Positions 13,320 to 23,260 of a stretch of DNA of 47,737 nt are shown one piece after another. Below the pieces are notes generated by a model. The model saw only the letters and a program-made list of their open reading frames with translations. It did not search any database and was not told the DNA's origin. Origin of the DNA: a virus (Duplodnaviria > Heunggongvirae > Uroviricota > Caudoviricetes); IMG/VR virus record IMGVR_UViG_2541047873_000005; one strand, given 5' to 3'. The first letter of the stretch is position 1; each line of letters opens with the position of its first letter. Position numbers and translations under genes: made by a program.

Positions 13320-16300
13320 TACCGATATGCTCCACTTAACCGACCACCATCACGGGCCTGCTGTTGCATAAAGTCCGCTGCCGCTTTTTTCCCGAGGTCA
13401 TAAACCGCCTTCAGGGCAGCCGGACCTATCTGCCCGTTCGTGCCATCGTTATTGATCTCGATGTTGTACTGCGGGGAAAACATCGCCATACCTGAACCCC
13501 CAATATCCGCCACAACCCCCAGCTTACCGTCAGCACCACGACGCAATGGCAGAATGGCTTCAGGTCCCGCTTCCCCCATCACACCCGCGCCTTTTGCAAA
13601 AGCAAAAAACGTCGGACGGTTAACCACCGTGCCACTGTAACGACTCAAATCAGCAGACTGATAAATCCCCCCATTGGCATTCAGGGAAAGGCTGCTGAGA
13701 TCAAATCCCAGCACACTGCCAATCCCTTTTATCGATTTCATCATGGTTGCCTGCGCCAGGATTTTCGCCATATCTGACAGCACAGAAGAGGTGAAGGATT
13801 TGAAATTGAGTTTGCCGGTAGTGACAAAAGTTGCCAGGCCATTTCCCATGTTGCTGAAGGCTGACGAGAACACCTGTTCTGCTGTTCCTGCCGTATTATC
13901 TGCATCCACGGTAAAATCCTGAAATGCACGCAGGACTCCGTTTTTCCAGTTACCCTGCACAACTTCAAGCTGTTGCCAGTAACGGCGATTCTCATTCAGT
14001 TGTCGGTTCAGGCTCTCCGTCAGCGCCTGCTCGGCCTTTCTGTAGTCATCCGTGTTATATGTTCCTTTCTGCTCACTATCCCGCCTCAACTGCTCCAGCT
14101 GTTGCTGGTATTTCTGGCGAAGACTCAGTTGTACCTGATATCGCTGCCGCTGCTGATCACCCATACCCACCGTGGCGATATCCAGGTCATGTTGCTGACG
14201 CTGAGCGCGCTCTTCTTCAGCCAGTTGACTGGTCAGCTGAATTGTTTTTTTCTTCAGCTCGTTGAGTGCCGTCTGTTTCTGAAGCTCCTGCTGTTTTACA
14301 TCCAGCAGCGTCAGTGCCTGAATCAGTTCATCTTTACGGGCCAGCACACTCTTTTCATCTGCCGTCAGTTTTTTCCCGTCCAGGTCGCTGATGCGCTGCT
14401 GCAGAGCCAGAAGCTGTTTATGCGCTTCTGTCATCCTTTCCGTGGCAATGCCTGCTGACTGTCTGGCAGCAGCAATCTGTCCTTCCACCTGTGCCTGTTG
14501 CTGACTGTACTGCAGCAATAACCGGGTGGCCTCATCATTACGGGGTTCGCGTGTTTTTTTCTTACCGGATGCCAGGGCTTTCTCGTAACGTTCATTTTCA
14601 CGTTGTATCGCTGCATCCCTGACAGCCTGATCGGCGTACTGCATGGAATTAATACGCGCAATTTCACGCTGATGTCGTGCTGCTTCCGTTTCATTCATCC
14701 GGTTCAGTGCAGCATTTTCAGCATTACGTCGTTTCTGTTGCTCCTGATAATTCCGCTCTGCCTGCTCTTTTGCATCCTGCAAATCCTTCTGGCGTTTTTT
14801 CTCCTGAAGATCGTTAAGACGCTGCTGATCGTATTCAACCTGAGAAGATGATGCCGTCCAGGGGAGTCTTTTCGCCCGCGACACTTTCTCCTGTAAAGCG
14901 GCAATCTGTTCATCCAGCGAGTCTTCACGACCAATATTCATGGCCGCATCCCAGAAACGACTCCACAAATCAGACAGATACTTCAGCGTACTGCCAAGCG
15001 CATTGAGGTTATTATCAATATCCGCAGTACGCCGACCGGTTTCCTCTGCCAGTGCAGACATGGCTATCCGTGCAGCATCACTGGACCGTCCCTGATCCCC
15101 AAGGACACGTATCTGCTCAAGCTGAGTGGCAGTAAGAAAATGCAGCTCATTGTCCAGAGCCTTCGCGGCATTTACAGGATCATCCTTCAGCCGCTTAAAC
15201 TGATTTATGGTATCGCTGACCGACTGGCCAACCGATCGCTCCATCTGTGCGGCAGCTCTCGCCACCATACCGATATCGTTTCCACGAAATGCACCACTCC
15301 CCACCACCTGAGCCAGCGCACCGGCTGCAGCATGTTGCGTGATACCATTCCCGGAAATAGCACGACTGAGCGTCCACAGCTGCCCGGCAGTGACTCCGGC
15401 ATAATGCCCCGTCAGCGACAACTGGCGGTTAAATTCTTCCCCCTCCTTCTGACCGTCATACCAGGCTTTACCCAGACCATAGACGGACGCGGCAATACCG
15501 CCAATAACCCCGCCAAGCATCATGCCTTTCGGTGACATCAGAGTGTCTATCCATCCGGCACGGTTAGCCAGCGTTATCCCGGATCCCCTCAGCGCCCCTA
15601 AATTGCCGCGGGCCAGTTCACCTATCAGAACGCCAATCTCCTGGCGGGCCGCTGCACTTTTCAGACCCAGCGAATGCGTGGCTTTTCCTGCCTGCTCCAT
15701 TTTGCGGATATACACTTCTGCAGCACTGCTTACCCCCAGCTGGGCAGCCTTAGCACGAAGCAACTCAGAAGAAGAAAGATTCTGGCGGGTTGCCTGCTCT
15801 TTAAGCTGACGGATAAACGCCACTTTCTGTCGGGTAGCCTCTTCCTCAGCCTGCGTAAGAACACGGGTTTTCGCCGTAACCTCAGAAATCAGCGCCAGAT
15901 AATCCTGCTGACCAATCCCGCCACTGTTTCTGGCCTGTCGGATCTGCTGCTGAATACGCTGTAATTCCTGCAGCCCCGCACTGGCCTGTTTCACACTGTC
16001 AATCTGACGATAAAACGCGGCAGCCGCTTTATCCTGAGCCTCCGCCAGAGCCATGGCCTGCGCCTGTTCCTCGCGCATTTTCTGGCTCAGTGCCTCCATA
16101 CGCTGGCGGGTTTGCTCCACCTCGCGGGCCATGCGTTCATGAGCCTGTGCGCTCTTCTCCACCGTCTGCGCATGGACGGATGCGGCTGTTGCAGCCGAAG
16201 AAGCCGCCTGCATTGTCTGCCGGGCGGCCTGAGTCTGACGCTCCATAAAACGCTGCATACGGGCAGAAGACCGTTCTGCATCGCTGGCTGCACCATTCAG

Positions 16301-16384
16301 AAGGTTTTTGATACGGGGAATTTCATTTTTAAACTCTGCCGCATCAATCCCCAAATCAATGACCAGGTTGGCTATCTGGTCCAT
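13319..16384 (-). CDS. H: Tail tape measure protein H
   Basis: About 1020 aa, coiled-coil-rich; C-terminus NNDGTNGQIGPAALKAVYD matches lambda H; GGAGGTG RBS before ATG at 16384 (track ORF extends to 16414). Confidence 0.85.
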   Translation of the reverse strand: MDQIANLVIDLGIDAAEFKNEIPRIKNLLNGAASDAERSSARMQRFMERQTQAARQTMQAASSAATAASVHAQTVEKSAQAHERMAREVEQTRQRMEALSQKMREEQAQAMALAEAQDKAAAAFYRQIDSVKQASAGLQELQRIQQQIRQARNSGGIGQQDYLALISEVTAKTRVLTQAEEEATRQKVAFIRQLKEQATRQNLSSSELLRAKAAQLGVSSAAEVYIRKMEQAGKATHSLGLKSAAARQEIGVLIGELARGNLGALRGSGITLANRAGWIDTLMSPKGMMLGGVIGGIAASVYGLGKAWYDGQKEGEEFNRQLSLTGHYAGVTAGQLWTLSRAISGNGITQHAAAGALAQVVGSGAFRGNDIGMVARAAAQMERSVGQSVSDTINQFKRLKDDPVNAAKALDNELHFLTATQLEQIRVLGDQGRSSDAARIAMSALAEETGRRTADIDNNLNALGSTLKYLSDLWSRFWDAAMNIGREDSLDEQIAALQEKVSRAKRLPWTASSSQVEYDQQRLNDLQEKKRQKDLQDAKEQAERNYQEQQKRRNAENAALNRMNETEAARHQREIARINSMQYADQAVRDAAIQRENERYEKALASGKKKTREPRNDEATRLLLQYSQQQAQVEGQIAAARQSAGIATERMTEAHKQLLALQQRISDLDGKKLTADEKSVLARKDELIQALTLLDVKQQELQKQTALNELKKKTIQLTSQLAEEERAQRQQHDLDIATVGMGDQQRQRYQVQLSLRQKYQQQLEQLRRDSEQKGTYNTDDYRKAEQALTESLNRQLNENRRYWQQLEVVQGNWKNGVLRAFQDFTVDADNTAGTAEQVFSSAFSNMGNGLATFVTTGKLNFKSFTSSVLSDMAKILAQATMMKSIKGIGSVLGFDLSSLSLNANGGIYQSADLSRYSGTVVNRPTFFAFAKGAGVMGEAGPEAILPLRRGADGKLGVVADIGGSGMAMFSPQYNIEINNDGTNGQIGPAALKAVYDLGKKAAADFMQQQARDGGRLSGAYR

Positions 16385-16685
16385 AACGCACACCTCCGGA
16401 AATACCTTCCCCAAGATGCATCAGTTCTTCGTCCGTTCGCTCCGGTATCCCGTTCTCTTCCGGTAAAAGGCTGAAATCAGCCACCGCAGCATCACTGCTA
16501 CCGGACACCATTCTCACGATCAATGCCTTCAGCGAGGCAAACTGCGCATCCATCCACACATCACTGAAGCTCTGCATCCGGAAATAATCGCCCCACTCAC
16601 CAAGCTCAGTGGCCGACATTTCCGACAGCATCCGCCGCCAGTCTGCCCGCCGGAACTCCCGGGCAAGCCGCATGACAAACTGCAT
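16356..16685 (-). CDS. T: Tail assembly chaperone T segment (expressed as G-T by -1 frameshift)
   Basis: ORF in -1 frame relative to G, overlapping the G 3' end; open -1 frame runs through GGAAAAG at the end of G. Confidence 0.65.
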   Translation of the reverse strand: MQFVMRLAREFRRADWRRMLSEMSATELGEWGDYFRMQSFSDVWMDAQFASLKALIVRMVSGSSDAAVADFSLLPEENGIPERTDEELMHLGEGISGGVRYGPDSQPGH

Positions 16686-16693
16686 TTCCCGCG

Positions 16694-17122
16694 TCAGGAC
16701 TTTTCCGGCGTCAGCACCTCATGCTCCAAATCCCCGGCATTCTCAATGACTCCCATACCGCTCAGCGACAGAACCATCTCCGCCCCCGCTCCCAGGGCAT
16801 CATACGACCATGTTGTAATAACGGATGCGCAAAGCGTCTCAACATCCTGAGACTGTTCCGCATTCCACAGTGAGCGGGAAACCAGCCAGGCATTGATATC
16901 CATCCCCATCCGCAGAAAAGCAATCTGTCGTTCAGCCTCCGGCAGTTCTCCCTCTTCGGCATCAAACTTTGCCGTTCGCTGCTGAACAAACGCCAGATAT
17001 TCAATTCTCTGCAGCCCGGACAGCTCACTGAGCACCACGGACTGCTTTTCATAATTAAACGTGCCCTGTTTCAGAAACATCATGTTCTCCACCTGCAAAA
17101 AAGCCCCGGATAACCGGGGCAA
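16694..17122 (-). CDS. G: Tail assembly chaperone G
   Basis: 142 aa between V and T, as lambda G. Confidence 0.8.
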   Translation of the reverse strand: MPRLSGAFLQVENMMFLKQGTFNYEKQSVVLSELSGLQRIEYLAFVQQRTAKFDAEEGELPEAERQIAFLRMGMDINAWLVSRSLWNAEQSQDVETLCASVITTWSYDALGAGAEMVLSLSGMGVIENAGDLEHEVLTPEKS

Positions 17123-17140
17123 ATGATGAGTATCGTCCTG

Positions 17141-17890
17141 TTAACCTGCGGCGCTGACAGCCACCGCAGCCACTGCCACAAAATCGCCGTCAGAAGTCAT
17201 GCCCACAATGCTGACACTGCCCTGCTTCACGCCTTTCACCGTGGCCACAAGCCCGTTCAGGGTCACCGTGGCAGTCTGTGGATCTGTCGAATGCACACTG
17301 ATCGCTTTGTCACTGGCTCCGTCAGGTTTTACTGTAAAGGTCAGCGTGGTGGTTGCTCCCACTTTTACACTGGCAGATGCCGGTGCCACCGTCAGCCCGG
17401 TAACGCTCACTGTTTCAGTGCCTTCCTCTGCCAGATACGGACGCCCCACACCGCTGATTTTCACTGTGCGGGTCATCACGTCTTTTGAGGCAATGGTTTT
17501 ACCCAGTGAGCTCAGCCAGCCACGGAAAACATCAACAGTGCCGTTGGGATATTTGATACGAAACGCGCAGACTTCACCGGAGTCGAACAACTGAACCAGT
17601 TTTTTCTGCCCGCTGTCACCCGGACGCCAGGCCAGCGTCGCCGAAGTATCACCGACGGATTTCTGCCCCTGGGTTGTCGTTTTCCAGTCTGCATCTTCAT
17701 CATCGAGATAAGTGTCATCTTCTGCATCAGCGGTCATTTCGCCAGGTTGCAGATCCTTCACCATCGCAAGACGCAGCCAGTCAGTGTCCGATAAAGGGTT
17801 CGCAAACGCATCGCCCTTGCCGGTGTACATCCAGAACGTCGTTCCCGCACCTTTCGTTTTTGCCAGTGGATTTGGTGTGGTCATTGCCAC
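17141..17890 (-). CDS. V: Major tail tube protein V
   Basis: 249 aa in the lambda V position (lambda V is 246 aa); C-terminal Ig-like segment. Confidence 0.85.
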   Translation of the reverse strand: MAMTTPNPLAKTKGAGTTFWMYTGKGDAFANPLSDTDWLRLAMVKDLQPGEMTADAEDDTYLDDEDADWKTTTQGQKSVGDTSATLAWRPGDSGQKKLVQLFDSGEVCAFRIKYPNGTVDVFRGWLSSLGKTIASKDVMTRTVKISGVGRPYLAEEGTETVSVTGLTVAPASASVKVGATTTLTFTVKPDGASDKAISVHSTDPQTATVTLNGLVATVKGVKQGSVSIVGMTSDGDFVAVAAVAVSAAG

Positions 17891-17895
17891 CTCCT

Positions 17896-18309
17896 TTAAT
17901 TCGTGTACGTGATCTGGTACGTGATTTCCGCCATCGCCCAGGTGGCCATCTCATTATCACGTTGATAGTTAAAACCGAGAGGGATCAGGGTGTCGATGAG
18001 TCCGGAAAGTGCCGGTATATCATTCAGGGCCGGGAAAATGGTGCTCTCCATCCACATATCCAGCTCTGAATCCGGTGCCTGTGCCCGGATGAAGACAGCA
18101 ATATGCAGAACAGCCTGCCAGTCATCTTCATCCGTCATTTTTCCGGTGTACTGAGCATCACTCAGCCACACCGCCACGGCAGGCAGTTCCTGCGCATCAA
18201 TAAATGCCGGAAGCCCGTCAAAAAACGTGGCGCTGTCTCCACACTGTTCCCGAAGGCGTGCCAGTACGGCCTGGCGGATTTGTGTATGTCGGTTCATCGG
18301 GTCAGCCAT
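17896..18309 (-). CDS. U: Tail terminator protein U
   Basis: 137 aa between Z and V. Confidence 0.8.
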   Translation of the reverse strand: MADPMNRHTQIRQAVLARLREQCGDSATFFDGLPAFIDAQELPAVAVWLSDAQYTGKMTDEDDWQAVLHIAVFIRAQAPDSELDMWMESTIFPALNDIPALSGLIDTLIPLGFNYQRDNEMATWAMAEITYQITYTN

Positions 18310-18872
18310 AACCTCAGTTGTTGTTTCAGTGCATACCCCAGCTGTTTCGGCATTTCCGCAGCAATAATGCGGTCGCGGGCATCTTCAAATGCCTGTGTCA
18401 GCGGTCCGGACAGCGGGACTTTCACCACATCAATGGGGTAACGATTTTTGCCATCAATACGCCGCATCACATGCCAGCGACCATTCGCCAGTTGCTGAAT
18501 AAACGCATCCCGGAAAAGATATTTACCCACCTTCAGCACACTGCCACGGTACTGCAGTTTTCCACCACGCCGGGCCAGTCTGACCCGGGCTGTCCCCAGC
18601 TTAATAGCGGGCAGATTGCCCCGGTTAACGCGGATCCTGGCCGTCATTTTTCCTGACGGACTGGCTTTAAACACCCGGACACGCTGACGTACCAGTTTCA
18701 GGGGGATCCCTTTCACCTGGTTATCTCCCGCAACGGTATTCCCGGCAACCTGCCGGGTGGCGACCGAGACCGCTTTCTGTGCCACACGGTTTATCGCCCA
18801 TGCGCTGGCCTGTGGCACCATACGGGTATCAAGGCTGTTCAGATTACGGATGGCATTCTCAAGCCCCTTCAT
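18294..18872 (-). CDS. Z: Tail completion protein Z
   Basis: 192 aa, same length and position as lambda Z. Confidence 0.8.
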   Translation of the reverse strand: MKGLENAIRNLNSLDTRMVPQASAWAINRVAQKAVSVATRQVAGNTVAGDNQVKGIPLKLVRQRVRVFKASPSGKMTARIRVNRGNLPAIKLGTARVRLARRGGKLQYRGSVLKVGKYLFRDAFIQQLANGRWHVMRRIDGKNRYPIDVVKVPLSGPLTQAFEDARDRIIAAEMPKQLGYALKQQLRLWLTR

Positions 18873-18883
18873 CCCACACCTCT

Positions 18884-19159
18884 TTACTCAATAAAGATCA
18901 TTGGCTTACCGTTAAAACGTTCATGCCGTGTGACCGTCCATTGTTGTCCGTCATAAACAACGCGATCCCCGCGCCGTGGGCGGTATCCCGAAGAAAACAC
19001 CACCAGAGAGACCGCAGGTCCGGACAGAGCATTCAGCTCTGCCAGTGTTTCTCCCGGGATCACAGTCATATCGACATCATTAATCGAGGCTGTCTTTCCC
19101 ATCTTTCTGACCGTGATAGCATCCATACGCGCTGCCAGCCGGGAAAAGGGATCAGACAT
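18884..19159 (-). CDS. Head-tail joining protein (FII-like)
   Basis: 91 aa, between head and tail modules; RRGDxV...W.V.R pattern reminiscent of lambda FII. Confidence 0.55.
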   Translation of the reverse strand: MSDPFSRLAARMDAITVRKMGKTASINDVDMTVIPGETLAELNALSGPAVSLVVFSSGYRPRRGDRVVYDGQQWTVTRHERFNGKPMIFIE

Positions 19160-19475
19160 TGAGTTTTACCGGCACTTCTTCTGCACTGGTTCCGGCATCT
19201 GCCCAGACAACCCCGACCAGCGGATCAGAGCCGCTGTTAGTCAGCTGAACTTTTCCGGACTTCAGATAAACCTTCTTACCCGTTTTCATGTCATCCGTTT
19301 TCAGCTTAGGCAGCATAAACACACCTTCGGTCATGCCGTCGCCTGTTTCACCCTGTGGAATATCGGTCAGCGCCACCGCAAAAACATCGCCCACCTGCAC
19401 CAGATCTCCGCTGCTGATGGCTGCACTGGCAACAATCGCCACCGTTTTTCCTTCTTCTACAAAATTCTTTGCCAT
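19152..19475 (-). CDS. Head accessory protein (decoration/stabilisation-like)
   Basis: 107 aa directly downstream of the capsid gene; GGAGACAG RBS before ATG at 19475. Confidence 0.5.
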   Translation of the reverse strand: MAKNFVEEGKTVAIVASAAISSGDLVQVGDVFAVALTDIPQGETGDGMTEGVFMLPKLKTDDMKTGKKVYLKSGKVQLTNSGSDPLVGVVWADAGTSAEEVPVKLNV

Positions 19476-19518
19476 AACTGTCTCCGCACAGCCCCGTTCA
19501 GGGGCTGATTTCAGGTAC

Positions 19519-19540
19519 AAAAAAAGCCCTTACGGGCCAT
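19519..19540 (-). terminator. Short hairpin plus U-run downstream of the capsid gene
   Basis: GCCC-gtaa-GGGC followed by U7 on the minus strand; a second GCCCC/GGGGC hairpin at about 19491..19505. Confidence 0.35.
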
Positions 19541-19561
19541 CAGAGTTGTTGTCTGCGACGT

Positions 19562-21520
19562 TTACGCCGTACATTTCACCAGACCGCGGTGATCAACTGG
19601 CGCGACACCGGCGTCAATACGCACTTTCGTTGTCACGCCATCCACACTGAAGCCCTCCATCTGATCAATATATGGCGTATCCACACCGTTGAGATAAGCC
19701 ACTTCAATCGTATCGGAGCCTTTTGACGCAGCCAGGTAGAAGGTGGTCTGGCTGTTATCATCAAGACGAGGCTCTGCAATAACGGTCGCAAAATCTTTCA
19801 CCGGGTTAATAATACCGGCGTTAATGTCAGCCCCCTTGACACTTGAGGAGCGAATGACCTGGTTAGCAACAGACTCCATCGCCGTCGGTACCAGTACGAA
19901 CGCAGGACGAATATTCAGATGACGCTCCCCCTCTTTCTGAACGCGCATCAACTGGCGGGCTTTATCCAGCGATGCCACGTCCATTGCAGCGCTCTCCAGT
20001 ACGTTTGCATGTTTCGCTTTATCGAACAGACTTACATTATCTGTGGAGATTTTCGGGTTAGACGTCAGAATGGCATAAACCAGATCGGCAATAGTGGATT
20101 TCGCCGCACGGCCCAGTTTCATCGGGACATCGGTCAGCATATTCAGATCATCATTGATAATGGCCTGACGGGTGATACTGAACAGCTCGCCATAGGTCGC
20201 CAGTGCAATAGTGGCCTGTTTATCTCCGGTGGTGACGTATTTATATTCCGCCCCTTCACGCACCTGACGTAGAGCACTGAAGCCCCCCATACCCACACGA
20301 TGGGCAATTTTAAAATCAGACAACTGACCTTTCCGCGTCCACTGTTCATAGGTTTCAGGGGCATCTTCCCAGCCCTGCAGAATGGCTTTGTTCGCAACAT
20401 CCAGCAGAATATTACCGAAGTCAGACGTACTGTGTGTGAACGCCGCACCGACCATCTGCATCGGGTTATAACCGGAAACCCCAATACCCCGTTCAGTTAG
20501 TGACATACGGGCATATTCACGCAGGGTCATCCCGTTGTAGACATTATCACGTTCGGTTTTTTCAAATCCGGCACGCGCCATCAGCGCCTGGCGAATCCCG
20601 TCCCCCACAAAATTACCGTTACCGGCATAAATATGAGCCGGGGTATTTTTATTGGATGGCGTGGACTCGCGCCCCATCTCGTTCAACAGCTTTTCACGGG
20701 CCTGCTCCAGCGAACATTCAGGATCGGCAAGACACTGGGCCTGCAGCGTCTGATAACGCCCGCCAAACATGGCAAACAGATCATTAATACCGTTTACACG
20801 CGCTTTTTGCTCTGCCAGTACCTGCGCACGGATACTGTTTTCATCCACCACGGGTGCTGCTGCCTGCACTGGCGTCCGGGAGGCTGCAGGTTCATCATCC
20901 TGTACGCGTGGAGCACTGTTGCGTGGCGGAGTAATCATGTTTCGAATGGATTCCGGCATCTTTTTAAATTCCTCTGTACGTTTTGACTGAATACATGCCA
21001 TTGCCTTAACGGCTGGTGTCACCTGATCAGCAAATCCCTGTGCCAGACATTCGGCACCGGACATCCAGGTCTCATCCGCCAGCATGGCAGCAATTTCATC
21101 GGTGGTTTTCCCGGTTTTCTGTGCATAAGCGGGTAACAGAACCGCCTCAACTTTATCGAGCAGGTCGGCATAGGTGCGCATGTCCTCCGCATCACCGCCC
21201 GTAAAGCCAAATGGTTTATGAATCATCATGAAGGAGTTTTCCGGCATAATGACCGGGTTTCCCACCATCGCAATGACCGACGCCATTGACGCCGCCACAC
21301 CGTCGACATAAACGGTAATGGACGCACCATGTGTTTTCAGTGCATTAAAAATGGCGATGCCTTCAAAGACATCGCCACCCGGTGAATTAATATGGAGATT
21401 AATGTGGGTGATATCGCCCAGTGCATTCAGATCACTGATAAACTGCTTCGCTGTAACACCCCAGAAACCAATCTCGTCATAAATATAAATATCCGCGTCA
21501 CTCTGGTGACCTGCCTGCAT
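19562..21520 (-). CDS. Prohead protease (ClpP/S49-like) fused to major capsid protein
   Basis: About 650 aa; N-terminal ClpP-like region (DIYIYDEIGFWGVTAKQF...INSPGGDVFEG), C-terminal capsid-like region; ATG at 21520 just after portal stop (track ORF extends to 21781 inside portal). Confidence 0.75.
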   Translation of the reverse strand: MQAGHQSDADIYIYDEIGFWGVTAKQFISDLNALGDITHINLHINSPGGDVFEGIAIFNALKTHGASITVYVDGVAASMASVIAMVGNPVIMPENSFMMIHKPFGFTGGDAEDMRTYADLLDKVEAVLLPAYAQKTGKTTDEIAAMLADETWMSGAECLAQGFADQVTPAVKAMACIQSKRTEEFKKMPESIRNMITPPRNSAPRVQDDEPAASRTPVQAAAPVVDENSIRAQVLAEQKARVNGINDLFAMFGGRYQTLQAQCLADPECSLEQAREKLLNEMGRESTPSNKNTPAHIYAGNGNFVGDGIRQALMARAGFEKTERDNVYNGMTLREYARMSLTERGIGVSGYNPMQMVGAAFTHSTSDFGNILLDVANKAILQGWEDAPETYEQWTRKGQLSDFKIAHRVGMGGFSALRQVREGAEYKYVTTGDKQATIALATYGELFSITRQAIINDDLNMLTDVPMKLGRAAKSTIADLVYAILTSNPKISTDNVSLFDKAKHANVLESAAMDVASLDKARQLMRVQKEGERHLNIRPAFVLVPTAMESVANQVIRSSSVKGADINAGIINPVKDFATVIAEPRLDDNSQTTFYLAASKGSDTIEVAYLNGVDTPYIDQMEGFSVDGVTTKVRIDAGVAPVDHRGLVKCTA

Positions 21521-21533
21521 CCTGAACCAGGAA

Positions 21534-23042
21534 TTATTCTTCGGACTGGTCGTCGGTGTGCTGCGGCTCCTGTCGTTTCGTTGCGGCACTGCTGCCTCCT
21601 TTATCACTGGCCGGATCGGTATCAAATACCAGATCCAGCTTGCGGTTTTCATCAATTTCGGCCTTGCGCCGACGTTTGACATCATCCGGATTACGACCAC
21701 CTGCACGTACCCAGTCTGATTCTGTCGCCGCTCCACCACGAATCTGAATTTTCCAGGCCTCAGCCTCCTTAACAGGGTCAATCCACGGCATCACCGGTCC
21801 GGAATACACCGCGGTATACAGTGAAGAACGATCAAGATCGCGGGGTAGCCTGATAACACCGGATGCCACAGCCTGTTTCAGCCAGGCACGATACATCGGG
21901 CGGGTGACGGCACCAATAAACCAGTCCTGCAGGATCAGGTAGCCATCAGTGGATTCAACCAGCTCCTGACGCTGGGCGCTGTAAGTGCCGTTATAGTTGC
22001 GTGCCGTACTGGAAAAACTCAGACGACTGCCCGCCGCCACGGCACGCAACTGACCATTACGAAAAGTTTCAAGGTTAGGATTGGGACGATCCGACTTCAC
22101 CATTCCGATTTCTTCGCCGGGTTTCAGATCGTCGTAAATAATGCCTGGCTGAATGGTAAGCTCGCGTTCATTCTCCTTGCTGCCATTACCATCCGGTTCA
22201 TAGCTCTGCCCGTCGCCTTTCCGGATGTACATCCCCAGAGCAGCGGCGATCCTTGCTGCAGTCAGCTCAGAATCTTCATACTCTTTCAGGGCACTGAGGC
22301 GGATCAGCACACCGGACAACAAAGACGTCCCGCGCATCTGGTGCAGACGGCGAACAAATTTAAGATGCAGCATTCGCTCTGCATCCACTTCTTTGGTTTC
22401 CATCTGCCGCCCGGATACGGGACGGCTTTTATACACCAGATATTTTTCGGGACGCCCCCAGTCATCAACAAACACGCCCTGATTCAGCCTGTTGCTCTCA
22501 TCACTGGTCATGGGAATAAAGTCCGGCTCGAGCGCCTCCAGCCAGAAATGAACACCGGCAGAAGGCGTCAGGCTGTTTATGCGCCCGGAAACCATCTGGG
22601 CAAACACCTCACCATCGCGCAGCCAGGTACGCAGCATCAGACGTTCCAGCATCGGACGGGTAAACTGCCCGGTGACTTCCGGACTGACAGACCATTCACT
22701 CCATCGGGTGCGTATCTCCGCTGCCAGATCACGGGCAATGGCCCCATTGCGTAATACCGGATGTGGCTCGACAATAATCCCGTTTTTCCCCACCACCCGT
22801 TCTTCCAGCTTGTCAAATACACCAATAACCAGATCGTGGTTGTTATCAAGGTAACGGGCCTGCTCACGTAACGACACGGCCCCGTACTGGCTTAACTGGT
22901 CGGCAGTTCGGTTTTCCCGCCGGGCTTTGTGTGTCCGTGTCGTTTTTACGGCCTCATAAGCCTGGATCACCGCACGGGAACGCAGCCTTGCCGCTTTCCA
23001 TCCTGGTGAAAAAACGCCAATCACATCATCAAGAATTGCCAT
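21534..23042 (-). CDS. Portal protein
   Basis: About 500 aa between W-like gene and protease-capsid gene; ATG at 23042 overlaps W stop. Confidence 0.8.
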   Translation of the reverse strand: MAILDDVIGVFSPGWKAARLRSRAVIQAYEAVKTTRTHKARRENRTADQLSQYGAVSLREQARYLDNNHDLVIGVFDKLEERVVGKNGIIVEPHPVLRNGAIARDLAAEIRTRWSEWSVSPEVTGQFTRPMLERLMLRTWLRDGEVFAQMVSGRINSLTPSAGVHFWLEALEPDFIPMTSDESNRLNQGVFVDDWGRPEKYLVYKSRPVSGRQMETKEVDAERMLHLKFVRRLHQMRGTSLLSGVLIRLSALKEYEDSELTAARIAAALGMYIRKGDGQSYEPDGNGSKENERELTIQPGIIYDDLKPGEEIGMVKSDRPNPNLETFRNGQLRAVAAGSRLSFSSTARNYNGTYSAQRQELVESTDGYLILQDWFIGAVTRPMYRAWLKQAVASGVIRLPRDLDRSSLYTAVYSGPVMPWIDPVKEAEAWKIQIRGGAATESDWVRAGGRNPDDVKRRRKAEIDENRKLDLVFDTDPASDKGGSSAATKRQEPQHTDDQSEE

Positions 23043-23260
23043 CAGAACCTCGCCAGCCGGTACCCGGGATGCCCCCGTCGTCGTGTAATCAGAGCCGCAA
23101 GGCGGCGCTCCCACTCCTGCCGTCCCTGCCGGATCTCAGATAAGTTTTCCATGGTCATCTGCTGACCATTAAAGGTGACGGATTTTCCGTCCAGCACCGC
23201 CATTTCAGCTTCCGTATAACGCTGAATCATGGCTTCGATATCATTCTGGTTCATAACCAT
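23042..23260 (-). CDS. Head-tail connector protein (gpW-like)
   Basis: 72 aa; C-terminus RRRGHPGYRLARF resembles lambda W (RRRGPAGFYV); between terminase and portal. Confidence 0.6.
   Translation of the reverse strand: MVMNQNDIEAMIQRYTEAEMAVLDGKSVTFNGQQMTMENLSEIRQGRQEWERRLAALITRRRGHPGYRLARF

Noticed and set aside
21534-21781. Extended N-terminus of the protease-capsid ORF overlapping the portal gene
   Set aside because: The first 87 track codons overlap the portal 3' end in another frame; the ATG at 21520, just after the portal stop, is the more plausible start.
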